NCBI RefSeq assembly: GCF_048593235.1
Contig: NC_133618.1
Coordinates: forward strand, 257,387,882 to 257,451,881
Length of the DNA: 64,000 nt
Reading direction: 5' to 3'
Source: Sminthopsis crassicaudata
Taxonomy: Eukaryota
A program made the translations under genes and the position numbers. A model generated the notes under the pieces. It saw nothing but the letters and a program-made list of their open reading frames with translations. It made no database searches and had not been told where the DNA came from. Below are positions 14,650 to 27,181 of this stretch, one piece after another; the first letter of the stretch is position 1, and each line of letters starts with the position of its first letter.

Positions 14650-16848
14650 CTTTTTTCTTGAAGACCCCATCTTGGTTAAACAGGATTTCTTCAGGGACAA
14701 ATAGCCCCCAATCACTTCAATTTCATCAACAGTGGGGTAACGTTTCTTGAGTAACAACCCCACATTCTCACGGGATGCTTCAGGATCTTCAAGAGTTTTT
14801 CCTTTCCATTGGTCTTCCTCCTCCTCTTCCTCAGCATACAGTTCCCCATTTGGTGGGCTGAATCTTGCCTCAGGGGCAGCTGGTTTCCTATTAGGCACAA
14901 CTGTGAATGTATTGTTGCTCAGGTAGTGAACTTCAGATTTGCTATTGGGCAGAGAGGGATGAGGTCGATATTGAGGAGCATCAGAGAATCTGAAAGCTGG
15001 TTTGGCCTCTTGGTAGGATTCATCATCTGAATCTACCTCATCAATAAAAGTAACAGGAAGCCCTGGTCTACCGGGTTCTTCAGGAAGCTGGGTGATAGAG
15101 GAACGGAGGGATGTGTCAGAAATCTCAAAGCCCCTGCAAGGCTCCTGTTTGGAAAGTCTCTCTATAGAGGGGGGTGTTACTACTTCTCTCTGCCACTTGT
15201 GGTTCACCTCTGAGAGAACTGTAGCTGTTTGTTTCTGAGGATCCCCTTCCTCTGCTGCCTGCAGGGCCTCAACACCCAAGTAATTTTCATAGCGAGGCAC
15301 CACTTGTGGTGGGTGCTGGCTCCCGTTTTCCAGAGGTATATGGGTTAAATGGCCAGACTGAGAAGAAACACTGACCTTTCCCTTTGGCTGCTCAAAGGCT
15401 TTGTTCCCCCCTGAATGGCCAGCCCTGGAGTCCAGCACTTCCACCCTGGGCTTGGGGATGAAGATAAAGGAGTTTTTGGAGTTCATCCGGAGGTTAGCCA
15501 AGGCCTTAGCCTGGACATCCTCATCAGGGATGGTCTCTATATCTGGCTTGGGGGCAGGCTTGATCTCAAAAGAGTCATTGGAACTGGTGGCTGCAGAAAC
15601 CCACCTTCGCTGACTGGGAGTGGCACTGGCCAGGCTGTGTTTGGGAAATGTGGAAGGGGCAGCTGGAATGGCACTGGGTCCCTCGTTGGCACTGTCCATC
15701 GGGCAAGGGCCAGGCGAAAGGTGGAGGATAGGTGCCTCCTCCTCAGCATTTGGCTTCCGGATGTCGCTGCCTTTGGAAGTACTGGAAGAGGATGGCACAG
15801 ACCCACCCCCTGTCAGGAGGCCATTGGCAGGACTCAGCCGGGGCTCCAGGGTGGCCTCCATGACAGGTCCGTTTGGTACTATTGTTCGGCCTCCTCTGGC
15901 CAGACCCCGGGGGTGGACAGTGAAAGAGTTGCTGCCCGTTTTCTGGAGGAAGTCACTGAGCCGAGAGGGGGCAGCTGCCGATGCCTGAAACCAGGCAGCT
16001 CTCTCTCCGACGCTGGGAGTGCGTGGTCCAGGGCTGGGCAGGGAGAGGGAGGCGGCCGAGCTCTGCTGCTCGACTGCAGAAGGCTTTGGCACCAGAGGCC
16101 GGCTCCGCTCAGGGCTCCCTCGACGCTGAGGTGGGGACGGGGCCCGAGGCCGGGGCCCGCCAATAGCCAGCGGGGAATCGAACTTCTCCAACAGACGGCT
16201 GACCCTTCCTGGCTGCGCAGCCGCCTCCACGGCTGTCCGGGGAGTCTCGTAGATGACCACCTCGGTGGCCCGGATCTCCGCCACTGAGCAGCCACGCCGG
16301 GCCAGCAGCTGCTGCAAGGGGTCCGGGCCCGGGCGCGGACCGGGGGAGCTCACCTCGTAGGGTCGTTGGCCGGGCAAGAATCCGGGCTCGGACTCGATTA
16401 TGAGAATGTTGTCGGCGCGAATGGTGCGGATGCCCGGGACGCGGCTATAGAGCTCCAGCAGCTGCTGCACGGGTCGTCCCGTCGAGGACCGGGCCCCGGG
16501 CGCCGCGCCGCGCCCCCTCCGCAGCCGCTTGCGCTCGGTCTCCAGCCGCATGAAGGGGTTCTCCCGCAGGGGGCCCAAGCTATCGGCCAGCACCAGCCGT
16601 TCCGCCGCCGCCGGGGCTGGCTCCCCCGGGCACTCGCCCCCAGCCGCGGCCACAGTTCCAGCTGCAGCCTCGACTCCGGCCCCATCGTCGCCCCCCCCAG
16701 CCAAACTCCGGGGCCCAGCCGCCAGGCTCGCCAGCTTGGCTCTCTTCCTCTCCAGTATCTCCCGTTTCCATGCCGGCAGCACTAAGCGGGAGCCGGACCC
16801 CGCCAGTCCCTCGAGGCCCGGAGGCCGCCGAGGCTCAAGGCTCGTCAT
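14650..16848 (-). CDS. TPRN: Taperin, coding exon 1 (733 codons); exon 2 onward not found in window, so intron 1 is >14.6 kb
   Basis: ORF has taperin motifs PAWKREILERKRAKLA, LGPLRENPF, RTIRADNILIIES, PVTFIDEVDS and KKRYPTVDEIEVIGGYLSLKKSCLTK. Phase-0 donor AAG|GTAACA at 14650/14649, after SSRKK. Adjacent to TMEM203 as in human. Confidence 0.95.
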
Positions 16849-17450
16849 GGTACAGTGCAGAACGAAGTGAGGCGAAGTCCGGCAAATCCGCCCGAGCGCC
16901 AGTACACGGCAACCTGCCTGGCGGGCCGGCCGGCTAGTGGACTGATGGAACAGCTCCTCTCGCCGGACGCCCCACAGCGGCCCGCTTTCCAGTCAGCGAC
17001 CACGCCCCTACTCTCGGGGCCGCCTCCCATTGGGGAAGGCCCCTAAAGGTCCGCCCCGTGTGAGCTACAGCCACCTATAGCAGACGGGGAAAGGTCGATT
17101 CGGGTGCCCATGGGAGGAAGAATTCTGTTTATTGGCCAGTGGCCTCTCTTACTCCGCCCCCTGAGATAAAGCACTATTCAGTGGGGAATAAGATCTTCTG
17201 CTAGGCTGGTGCTTATTGGGAAAAGACCCCATAGACTCGCCCTGTGTGTGCCCGCACCACCTATTGGGGAAAATGGAGGCGGGGTGAGGCGGGGGAACGC
17301 CCTCTCCCCGTACACCCGGGCGAGAGCTACTCCTATTGGCTGACGATCACCCTCGCTCAACCCCCTGGGAAAATGCAGCCTTAATTGGTTGAGACTCCAT
17401 CACCCGGGCAGGCGCCCAATTGGGGAAAGACACCTTAGACCCTCTTGGGT
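16000..17450 (-). promoter_or_regulatory. TPRN CpG island and promoter with GC boxes and multiple CCAAT boxes
   Basis: High CpG density across the TPRN start. GGGCGG/CCGCCC boxes and seven ATTGG pentamers between 17029 and 17423. Confidence 0.75.
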
Positions 17451-19377
17451 AGTTATGGTGTATCGTAATTACTTTCCTCCTCTTGCAAACCCCTAGGAAG
17501 ACACTCTAGGGTAGGCAGCAATGTTCATACAGGGGTGGAAAAGGGAGGGTCCTGGCCCAGAGCCCAGACACTTCCAAGAGGAAGACAGTTTAGAGGTAGG
17601 AGTGATTAAACCTGGGCTCCACCTCTCCATGGGACCGTGAACCATGTTCTTGCTGGTCCTGGGAAAACTGGGAGGAAGGCAATGAGCCCCGTTTTCTGAC
17701 AGGATAATTACCACCAATTCCCAGAGCTGGCACGGGGTGTCTCCAGTGTGGATTACTAGGACGGAGGGTGGCAAAGGTTTTTGTTGTCCAGCGGTACCCT
17801 ACTCGACGCGTGGACTTTGTCCATAGGAGTTCCTTGGCAAATATACTGGAGGAATTAGTTATTTCCTTCTCCAAGGTGTCCTCAATTTACGGATTCCTCA
17901 TCCGTAAGCTTCAGGGTTAAGTGTCTTGCCCAAAGAGACACAGCTAGTGTAGCCTGAAAGCGAATTAGAACTCAGGTCTTCTTGATTGCAGGTCTGGTGT
18001 TCCACAGGGCCACCAGCTGCGGGGGCAGAGATTATTTAGGAAGAGTAGATCGTTCGTTCACTTCCTCGACAGTTAGCTTTGTTCTCATGGTATTTTGTTT
18101 TTATCATTAAATGTAAGCAATGACTTTTTGCCCAGGTCGTGGGAACAGACATTGGAGTTATCCAACGCCCTCATTTTACAAATGAGAAGAAAAACAGAAT
18201 GGAGTTTTCCAAGTCTCAGTTCACAATGTCCTCTAACATTCCCTTTAATCCCAGGGAAAAAAATAACCTGCCCAGGAGACAGGTTGTTTCCTTCACAGTT
18301 ACTCCAAGTGAAATTCAATGGTGGGAAAAGCCCAGAATTGTGAAGCAATATGAGAGGAATCCAAGCCACAAGAATAAAATGTTAATAACTCCAGCTGTGC
18401 TCCTACAATTGTGAACTTTTTATTTTATTTTCTCCCATTTCCTGGGAAAGCCTTACCTCTACATTATTACAATCAAGAAAAATTATTCCTCTCCCACTCT
18501 AAAGTCCTAGTAGTGAAATAAAATGGCCATATAGAAGACCAGAGTGAACTCTGTATGACCTGAGTGAGCCCTGTAAAATTTTATATAAAAAAACCATGTC
18601 TCCTTTGATCTATACCTCCAAATGGTCTGGCATCCTCTCAGAGCATGATAAGCTTTCTAGTCAGGAAGTCACAACCCCAGGCAAGATTTCCCATTCAATT
18701 GAGAATAATCAAACTTCTCCTAGACTCATACATAATATGGGTCTTCAGAAAAATGGCTCTTTGCAGATCAATTCTCCCTTGAGAATGATATGCCCCCCAA
18801 GAGAATCCCTCTTGGTGTTTCTTTAATAAAGCCTATTTTTTTTACCATAGCTTCTGGATTTAGTGCTCCATCTCCTCACCCATTCCTGCCTAACCTCATC
18901 ATCTCATAGCCTCATAATAGTAACTTCATCTGTATCTGCCTCATGCCAGGACCCCAGATTGACCAGGAAAACATCCACATCCTGGGCTTCAATAGACAAG
19001 ATGTTCTTGATCTCACCATATCTTTCCAAGTTGCATTAGTGTGTTTAATTGACTATAGTAAGCTGAGGAAAGTAATGAGACATGGAAATATTTGAGTAAA
19101 AGAAGGATTGTGAAAAATTTGAGGGCACTGATATGGAATTTATAGTTTTAAGATGTGCAAAGTACTTTATATATTATCTCATTTGGGCCTCCCAACCACC
19201 TTGTAAAGAGCCATACTGAAATATAAAACATACATTATGTATTTAAGTCATTAATATTTTTAGTAATGTTACCAATCTTTAAAATAAAAAGTAGCAAAGA
19301 TTTGTTTCCTTTATCTAGGATTATTGAAAACGGACTACTCCCAGATCATCTACAATTTGTAGAAAAGTAGGCTACAG

Positions 19378-20710
19378 TAAATTCTACCAAACATTTAAAG
19401 AACAATTAGCCCCAATGTTCTATAAACTATTTGAAAAAATAGGGGATGAAGGAGTCCTACCAAACTCCTTTTATGACAAAGACGTGGTACTGATACCTAA
19501 ACCAGGTAGATTGAAAACTGAGAAAGAAAACTATAGACCAATCTCCTTAATGAATATTGATGCTAAAATCTTAAATAAGATATTGGCAAAAAGACTTCAG
19601 AAAATCATCCCCAGGATAATACACTATGATCAAGTAGGGAAGTAACAAATTGGGAAAATACTTTTATACTTAAAGGTTCTGATAAAGGTCTCATTTCCAA
19701 AATATATAGAGAACTGACCCTGATTTATAGGAAACCAAACCATTCTCCTATTGATAAATGGTCAAGGGATATGAACAGACAATTCTCAGATGATGAAATT
19801 GAAACTATTTCCACTCATATGAAAGAGTGTTCCAAATCACTACTGATCAGAGAAATGCAAATTAAGACAACTCTGAGATACTACTACACACCTGTCAGAT
19901 TGGCTAAGATGACAGGAACAAATAATGATGAATGTTGGAGGGGATGTGGGAAAACTGGGACACTGATGCATTGTTGGTGGAGTTGTGAAAGAATCCAACC
20001 ATTCTGGAGAGCAATTTGGAACTATGCCCAAAAAGTTATCAAACTGTGCATACCCTTTGATCCAGCATTGCTACTACTAGGAGATGAGAAAGGGACCTGT
20101 ATGTGCCAAAATGTTTGTGGCAGCCCTTTTCGTAGTGGCTAGAAACTGGAAAATGAATGGATGCCCATCAGTTGGAGAATGGTTGGGTAAATTGTGATAT
20201 ATGAATGTTATGGAATATTATTGCTCTGTAAGAGACTAGAGACTTACATCAACTGATGCTGAGTGAAATGAGCAGAACCAGAATATCATTATACACTTCT
20301 TTATGAAGATGTATTCTGATGGAAGTGGATAATTTCAACATAAAGAAGATCCAACTCACTTCCAGTTGATCAATGATGGACAGAAACAACTACACCCAGA
20401 GAAGGAACACTGGGAAGTGAATGTAAATTGTTAGCACTACTGTCTATCTACCCAGGTTACTTATACCTTCAGAATCCAATTCTTACTGTGCAACAAGAAT
20501 ATTGGATTTACACACATATATTGTATCTAGGTTATACTGTAACACATTTAATATGTATGGGATTGCCTGTTATCTAGGAGAGGGAGTAGAGGGAGCGAGG
20601 GGAAAATTTGGAAAAATGAATACAAGGGATAATGTTATAAAAAAAGAAAAATTACTAATGCATATGTATTGTCAAAAAAATTTATAATTATAAAATTAAA
20701 AAAAAAAGAA
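19378..20710 (+). mobile_element. 5'-truncated, internally deleted L1 (ORF2 RT fragment joined to the ORF2 C-terminus, 3' UTR, poly-A)
   Basis: LIPKPGR...[24 protein letters not shown]...DQVG, then IREMQIKTTLRY...CWRGCGKTGTLMHCW. A-rich tail near 20700. Confidence 0.93.
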
Positions 20711-21209
20711 AATTATGCCCAAAGGGCTGGAACACTTGGCATACCAAAAAAAAAAAAAAAAAAGAAAAAGAAAAGTGAAGTAAAGCAATAGTAAGACCTC
20801 AAGAATAAAACTGGGAATGCAGAAATTACTGGAGCTGGCAGGAAAATACAATCATAATTCTAGTTATCAACTAACTAAAATAAAAATCATATTTCAGTGA
20901 TTCTGGGGCAAACTAGTCAGAAGGATATCTAGCAAATGGGGGTCCGGGGTCTCAATCTTTGCTTTATCCTCAGGAATTCATTGCCTCTTTTCTCTTTAGG
21001 AAGGAGGTACATAAAATTACTTATTATAATATTCCAGAAATGAACTTTGCAGTCAAACACATGCCTGCTACCAGGGCAGTCTTCCTAATGCAAGGCTCCC
21101 TGAGAAAATACCACTGACCAAGAGAAGATTTCTAAGATTTCTGTATGTAGCAATAGAGCTGACCCACCCCCACAAAGTCCAAAGAAATACTCGTATTCCA
21201 ACAGTACAT

Positions 21210-21215
21210 TTTATT
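21210..21215 (-). terminator. Polyadenylation signal AATAAA for TMEM203
   Basis: TTTATT on + strand about 300 nt past the TMEM203 stop. Confidence 0.7.
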
Positions 21216-21516
21216 AAAAAGCAATTTCTAACGCAAAGCTCCTTTACAATCTAGGCAATTCAACTGTCCAATCCAGAACTCATCTCAAATCAAGGAGACT
21301 GAAAACGAGGGAGGAGGGGGAAGAATAGAACTCAAAGCCAAAAAAAAAAAAAAAAAAAAAGAGCGATCAGTGTTTTTGTTTTGTTTTGTTTTGTTTTTCA
21401 CAATCTGCCCACCCGCCTGGAGTTAGGATGCAAAGATGAAGAAAAGTGGAGGCCCATGGAGCAGATTCCTCCCCTCGGGTCCAACGCGGAGGCTTTCCTC
21501 CCCCCTCCGGGCAGGG

Positions 21517-21927
21517 CTAATTGACGCGACAAGCACGGATCATGAGCAGCTGCAGAAGGATGAAGACCGGGGACATGATAAGGCCAAACCAGAGCTCCCT
21601 GGTCTGCTCCACCAGCTTCTGGCACAGCAGCATCTCAAAGACAAACTTGAGGCTGAGGATAGTAAGGATCCAGAAGAGGCGTAGCACGGCCAGACGCTTC
21701 TCGCCGTCCTGGAACAGGCGCACCGACACAATGGTGGTGAAGTACGTGCTGAGCCCGTCGGCGGCGAAAAAGGGCACGAACACGTTCCACCACGTCAGGC
21801 TCGGGGCCAGCTCGTCCACCCTCAGCGCCAGGAGCACAGAGAACACGAGCAGCGCCAGCACGTGCACGAAGATTTCGAAGGTGGCGAAACCCAGCCACTG
21901 CACCAGCTCCCGTAGCGAGAACAACAT
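21517..21927 (-). CDS. TMEM203: Transmembrane protein 203 (136 aa, single coding exon)
   Basis: MLFSLRELVQWLGFATFEIFVHVLALLVFSVLLAL...LLQLLMIRACRVN matches TMEM203 in sequence and length. Head-to-head with NDOR1. Confidence 0.97.
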   Translation of the reverse strand: MLFSLRELVQWLGFATFEIFVHVLALLVFSVLLALRVDELAPSLTWWNVFVPFFAADGLSTYFTTIVSVRLFQDGEKRLAVLRLFWILTILSLKFVFEMLLCQKLVEQTRELWFGLIMSPVFILLQLLMIRACRVN

Positions 21928-22042
21928 CGTGCCGGCGCCAGCCCGCGGAGCAGCGGGGGCCGGGGCTCCGCTCCCGGCAGGGCCCGGGCCTGCCCGCCCC
22001 GAGCTGTGTACCTCAGCAAGGACCGGGCGGCGGCGGCTGCGG

Positions 22043-22218
22043 CTGCGGAAACAAGGACAGAGAGTCAGAGGGAGGGGGGAGGGGACCGGGCCGGCGGCCC
22101 TCCGTTAGCGTACGGCGCCCCGGTCACGCAGTCGGACCTGGTCCCTGCCCACCTGCAGACCGAATCGCCACACCCGAGGTCGGTAATCTAAAAGCCCAAC
22201 CTGGGCTCCCGCACTCAC
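22043..22218 (-). other. Predicted 176-nt intron in the TMEM203 5' leader
   Basis: Consensus donor GAG|GTGAGT at 22219/22218. Long polypyrimidine tract ending TTTCCGCAG at 22043, with a second CAG 6 nt further on. Confidence 0.65.
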
Positions 22219-22269
22219 CTCGGTGGTCTGAGCGGCTCTGCCCGCTGCCGCCGCCGCCGCCATGGTGTG

Positions 22270-22340
22270 TCCGTCGCTCACGGGTGGCGTCACTTCCCCC
22301 GGCACCGGAAGTCAGCCCCGGGAAGTCGCTTAAAGAGGTG
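22270..22340. promoter_or_regulatory. Bidirectional CpG-island promoter TMEM203/NDOR1 with clustered ETS (GABP-type) sites
   Basis: CCGGAAGT at 22305-22312, GGAAGT at 22321-22326 and ACTTCC at 22292-22297, lying between two divergent genes. Confidence 0.75.
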
Positions 22341-22614
22341 GTGGTCCTTTCTCCGTCTCCCTTTCCGTCTTTCCACCCCCTAGCTCCGCTTACTAGTTCT
22401 TGCTTTATTCCGGTCTCCCCCTTCCCCACACACCTGAGGCTCGGCCACTGCGTTTCCCCCTCCCCCATCCCAGAATCCTGTCCCTTCCCACTGTTGGATC
22501 CTAAACTGCAAGGGTTCTGGCTTCGGCTGTCTTCCCGCCCATTCCCCCTGTGCTGCTCTGGCTTCTACGCTCCAGCCCCCGCTTCTTTTTGTCCTGCTTC
22601 CTTCTCGGCTCTGA

Positions 22615-23052
<438 letters not shown>

Positions 23053-23929
23053 TGAGAGCTGCAGAGCGCTGTCATTGTCTGCAGACTCTTCCCTTTGGGA
23101 TTAGCGCGTTAGACGTTTCCTCCCCGCGCGGTGGAGAAAAGGACGGGTAAAGGGAGCAGCCATGTGAGGGGATGTTTGTTAAGCGCCTTCTGCGTGCAGA
23201 CGATGTGCCAGCCGCAGGAGGAGGCAGGACACTCGCTTTTTAGCAAGCGGGGACAAACTGTAGGCCTGGCGCTTCAGCGCGGGACACAACACAGATAACC
23301 CGGGATAGGGCATTAACCAGACGTGTGTAAAACAAGGAGGCTGAAGAGACGGGCTTGGTGGCAGAAGTGCTGTAGCACTCACTGAAAGACGGGAAGGAGT
23401 TCATCAGATGAAAAACGGGGAGCACGCGTTCCTGGCGCCGAAAGCAGTGTGAGAGGGAAAGCCCGGGCAGCAGTGCCGGGTGCTGGGGAGAGTAATATGG
23501 GATAATGTTGGGGAAAGAGAGGGGCACTGAGAGAGGAGGGCCTCAAACACTGTTAGGGTTGGGGAAGGGGCAAACACTGGGGAATACAGGCGCTGCTCTG
23601 AGACTCAGACAGACGTAGTTTAGCCATAAGACAGCAGAGAGCTATACAGAAGATAATCAGGCAGGAAAAGAGGCCAAAATGAGGATGAAGAAAGTGATAA
23701 ACACACATTTATGTTCTGATAGATTCCCTTCTGCTCACATTAATCCCCTGTTCTCTACATCTGCCCAAATGAATTGGATCAGTCGGGACGGAATAAAGAG
23801 TAGCTTTAGAAGTCCTTACAATTCTTCATCCACCTGCCCTACCCAGTCTGATTGTAAGGAGTCTTTCCTGTTGAACAGAATGGGCGTTGTAAGGAATCAT
23901 CCCTTTGATTCTGCAAGCCAAGTCTGTAG

Positions 23930-24124
<195 letters not shown>

Positions 24125-24388
24125 TGAATGTCTCGGGGCCCTGAGAATCCGTCTCAGTCTTCCTTCAGTCCGCCAAAATTATTAGTAAAACTCATTAGGT
24201 TACTGGACTCGTAAGTCTTAAAGACATAAGAATTGCTATTCTTGATCCATCTAGGCCCAGTTCATGTTTGAATGGGTCAATACAGTACTATTTTTGGAAG
24301 GCCGGAGTCATTCTTCTTGATATCTCACGATTCCAGCTTCTCTTATTGACCTGCTGTCATCAGAGAGGTTCACCTCAATGCAGGTCTT

Positions 24389-24637
24389 TTTTTTTTTTTT
24401 TTTTTCATTTTTCCAAGTTATCCACTCCCTCCCCCCGATGGCAGGTAATCCCATACATTTTACATGTGTTACAATATAACCTAGATACAATATATGTGTG
24501 TAAATACCATTTTCTTGTTGCACATTAATTATTAGCTTCCGAAGGTGTAAGTAACCTGGGTAGATAGACAGTAGTGCTAACAATTTACATTCGCTTCCCA
24601 GTGTTCCTTCTCTGGGTGTAGTTATTTCTGTCCATCA
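24389..24637 (-). mobile_element. Young 5'-truncated L1 3' end (about 250 bp) in NDOR1 intron 2
   Basis: Poly-T head. Closely matches the reverse complement of 20375-20640. Perfect TSD CTCAATGCAGGTCTT at 24374-24388 and 24638-24652. Confidence 0.9.
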
Positions 24638-25426
24638 CTCAATGCAGGTCTTAATGTATATTTTATCCCATATCATCTCTCAACTTTGATTTATTTTTTA
24701 TTTACTTCTTTCCAAGCCTTATGTATACAGAATATATATACACACATATACACATACAGAATACAGGTATAGAATATAGTATACAGAATAATCTATGAAC
24801 AAAGCTGTCCTAAAGTAAAATAACTAGCCTTTCTCCTTAGACATCTTCAGGTAGAGGCTAGAGGATCACTTCAGGCATGTTATAAAGTGGAGTTCTCAAA
24901 AGTTCAGGTTGGATTAGGTTCCTTCCAACTTTCAAATTCTGAGATTCTGATTATAGACTGATCTCATCTCTTCTCATTCTCCGTATGTGAAGACTAAAAA
25001 GAGGCCTTATCGCCAGTGATCTATCATGCAAGCTCTCCTTTTCTGGACTTTGACAGTTCTGTTATACCTATTTTGAGATCCAGCATTCAGAGCTGGGCTC
25101 AGAATTCCAGATCCAGGCACACTTTTACTGAACCCAAGATCTGAACTACATGAATAATGCCATACTTATTAGACCCTGACACGAAATGTTTCTCAGGAAA
25201 AGCAAATTAACCTAAAATTACCCTACCCTAAAGTAGCAGCCTGTTATTTGGAGGACATTTCCTAGAGTTGGAGTACTCAGCCAGACTGCCCTTACAGCCA
25301 TACCACCTGAATCTATGCCCCTGGAGCCCAGATCAGGGAGGTCTGCTTGCTCTAAAGGATACGCTGGGTTATAAGTTTCTCAGTTATCTAGACCTGTGGT
25401 ATCTAAAAAAGTGGTTCTAATTTTAG

Positions 25427-25525
<99 letters not shown>

Positions 25526-26203
25526 TGAGTGGATGGTTTAGAAGTGGGAGAAGATGAAAGGCAGCCTGTCTTCTGAGGTTGACCCCACCCTGTGACCCAC
25601 TTGTACTCCTCAGAGAAAGATGGACTCTGTGCTAGATATATTTGCCAAGATGAACAGGTGCCCATTCTTTACAAAACTCCATTCTTACTAATTCTTTTAG
25701 GTTTTTTGGTGTTCAGGCTAACAGCCTTCTGCAAGCTTAGAGACTGACTGAGAAACTAGGCTCCTCCCTATACCACACATCAGTACTGCCATACTCCCTA
25801 GGATCCAGGCTCCTTCTTGTCTAAGAGCCTCCTGAGTCCTAGTCATGGGGTTACCTTAGCTTGAGAATTTGCCCATTTCTAGCACTATTCCTTAGAACAG
25901 GTTCCTTTAGAACCTAGGATGACTCCATTGAAATCAAACGTCATTAAAACCTCTCTTGTAGGACTCCCTAATCATATCCCAATAGAAGAGTGCCCAAAGC
26001 ATGGTGCTGGGATAAAACACTAGTCTGGGACTAAGTGGTCCTAAACTCTAGTCCCATTCTTGTCCATTCACAGACAAGTCCTGACCCTCTCTGAATCACT
26101 TCTGTAAAAATGGGAATAATAACTGACGAACACACACAATCTCTCAGACTAACATTCTGCTGAAGGAAAAGGCTTTTTCAGAACAATGGTAAGATCACCT
26201 TAG

Positions 26204-26383
<180 letters not shown>

Positions 26384-27079
26384 TGAGTAGAAACCCCAGT
26401 GATTCACAGAGCTAGTATTCCAATCAGACAGTGGTCAGTCAACAAGTGTTTATTAAGCATTTACTATGTGCCAGGTACTGTGGATACAAATACAAACATT
26501 AAACAGTCTCTATTTTCATGGATTTTAAATTTTACTGAGAGAGACAGTATATGTATATGCAAAAAGTAGAAATCTTCAAGGAGTTTTAGATCAGGCAAGT
26601 AGTAGGCTGTCTGTCAGTAGATTCCCATGCTCTAGTGAAAGATATCTGGGCCAAAGTTCAACCTAGACCCAAAAGAAAGCCTTCCTGAATTTCTTCCCTT
26701 CACACAGCTTCTCTCCTGATCCTGGAGAGCACGTACTATGGAATTGCTTGAGTCTTGATTTGAGAGTAGGTCAAAGGGAAAGGAAGAATGATAGTGAGCC
26801 AAGCTTCTAAATTATATAGATTACACCTATCTCCTCCCGAGAGTCCTGGTTCAGATGACCCCTAAGAAATGATAATTATTATAAAGTGTAGTTCAGCTGC
26901 CTTATGGTTTAAGAATGAGCTTTGTCACTCTTTATTCCTGACAGTGAGTATTCAAGAAATATCTATCTCAGTGCCATACTAGTTTCAGGGGAAAGGAAGG
27001 GAACATAGGTAGACATGGGTGAAAAGTAGTTAAAAGGGAACATATTAACTTCCCCTGGATTTTCTCTGTTCTCTGGCAG

Positions 27080-27181
27080 GCCTGATGCAGTTATTGATCC
27101 CTGGCTTCTAGACTTGTGGGGAAAAGTTTTGGGGATGTATCCTGTGCCTTCTCATCTTAGTGTAATACCTGCTGATACACC
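27080..27181 (+). CDS. NDOR1: NDOR1 exon 5
   Basis: PDAVIDPWLLDLWGKVLGMYP. AG/GT boundaries. Confidence 0.93.

Noticed and set aside
15415-16287. 290-aa + strand ORF and other long ORFs overlapping TPRN
   Set aside because: Antisense or alternative-frame shadows of a GC-rich coding exon, with no recognisable domain.
21521-22108. 195-aa + strand ORF opposite TMEM203
   Set aside because: Antisense shadow of a GC3-rich CDS running into a CpG island; no independent support.
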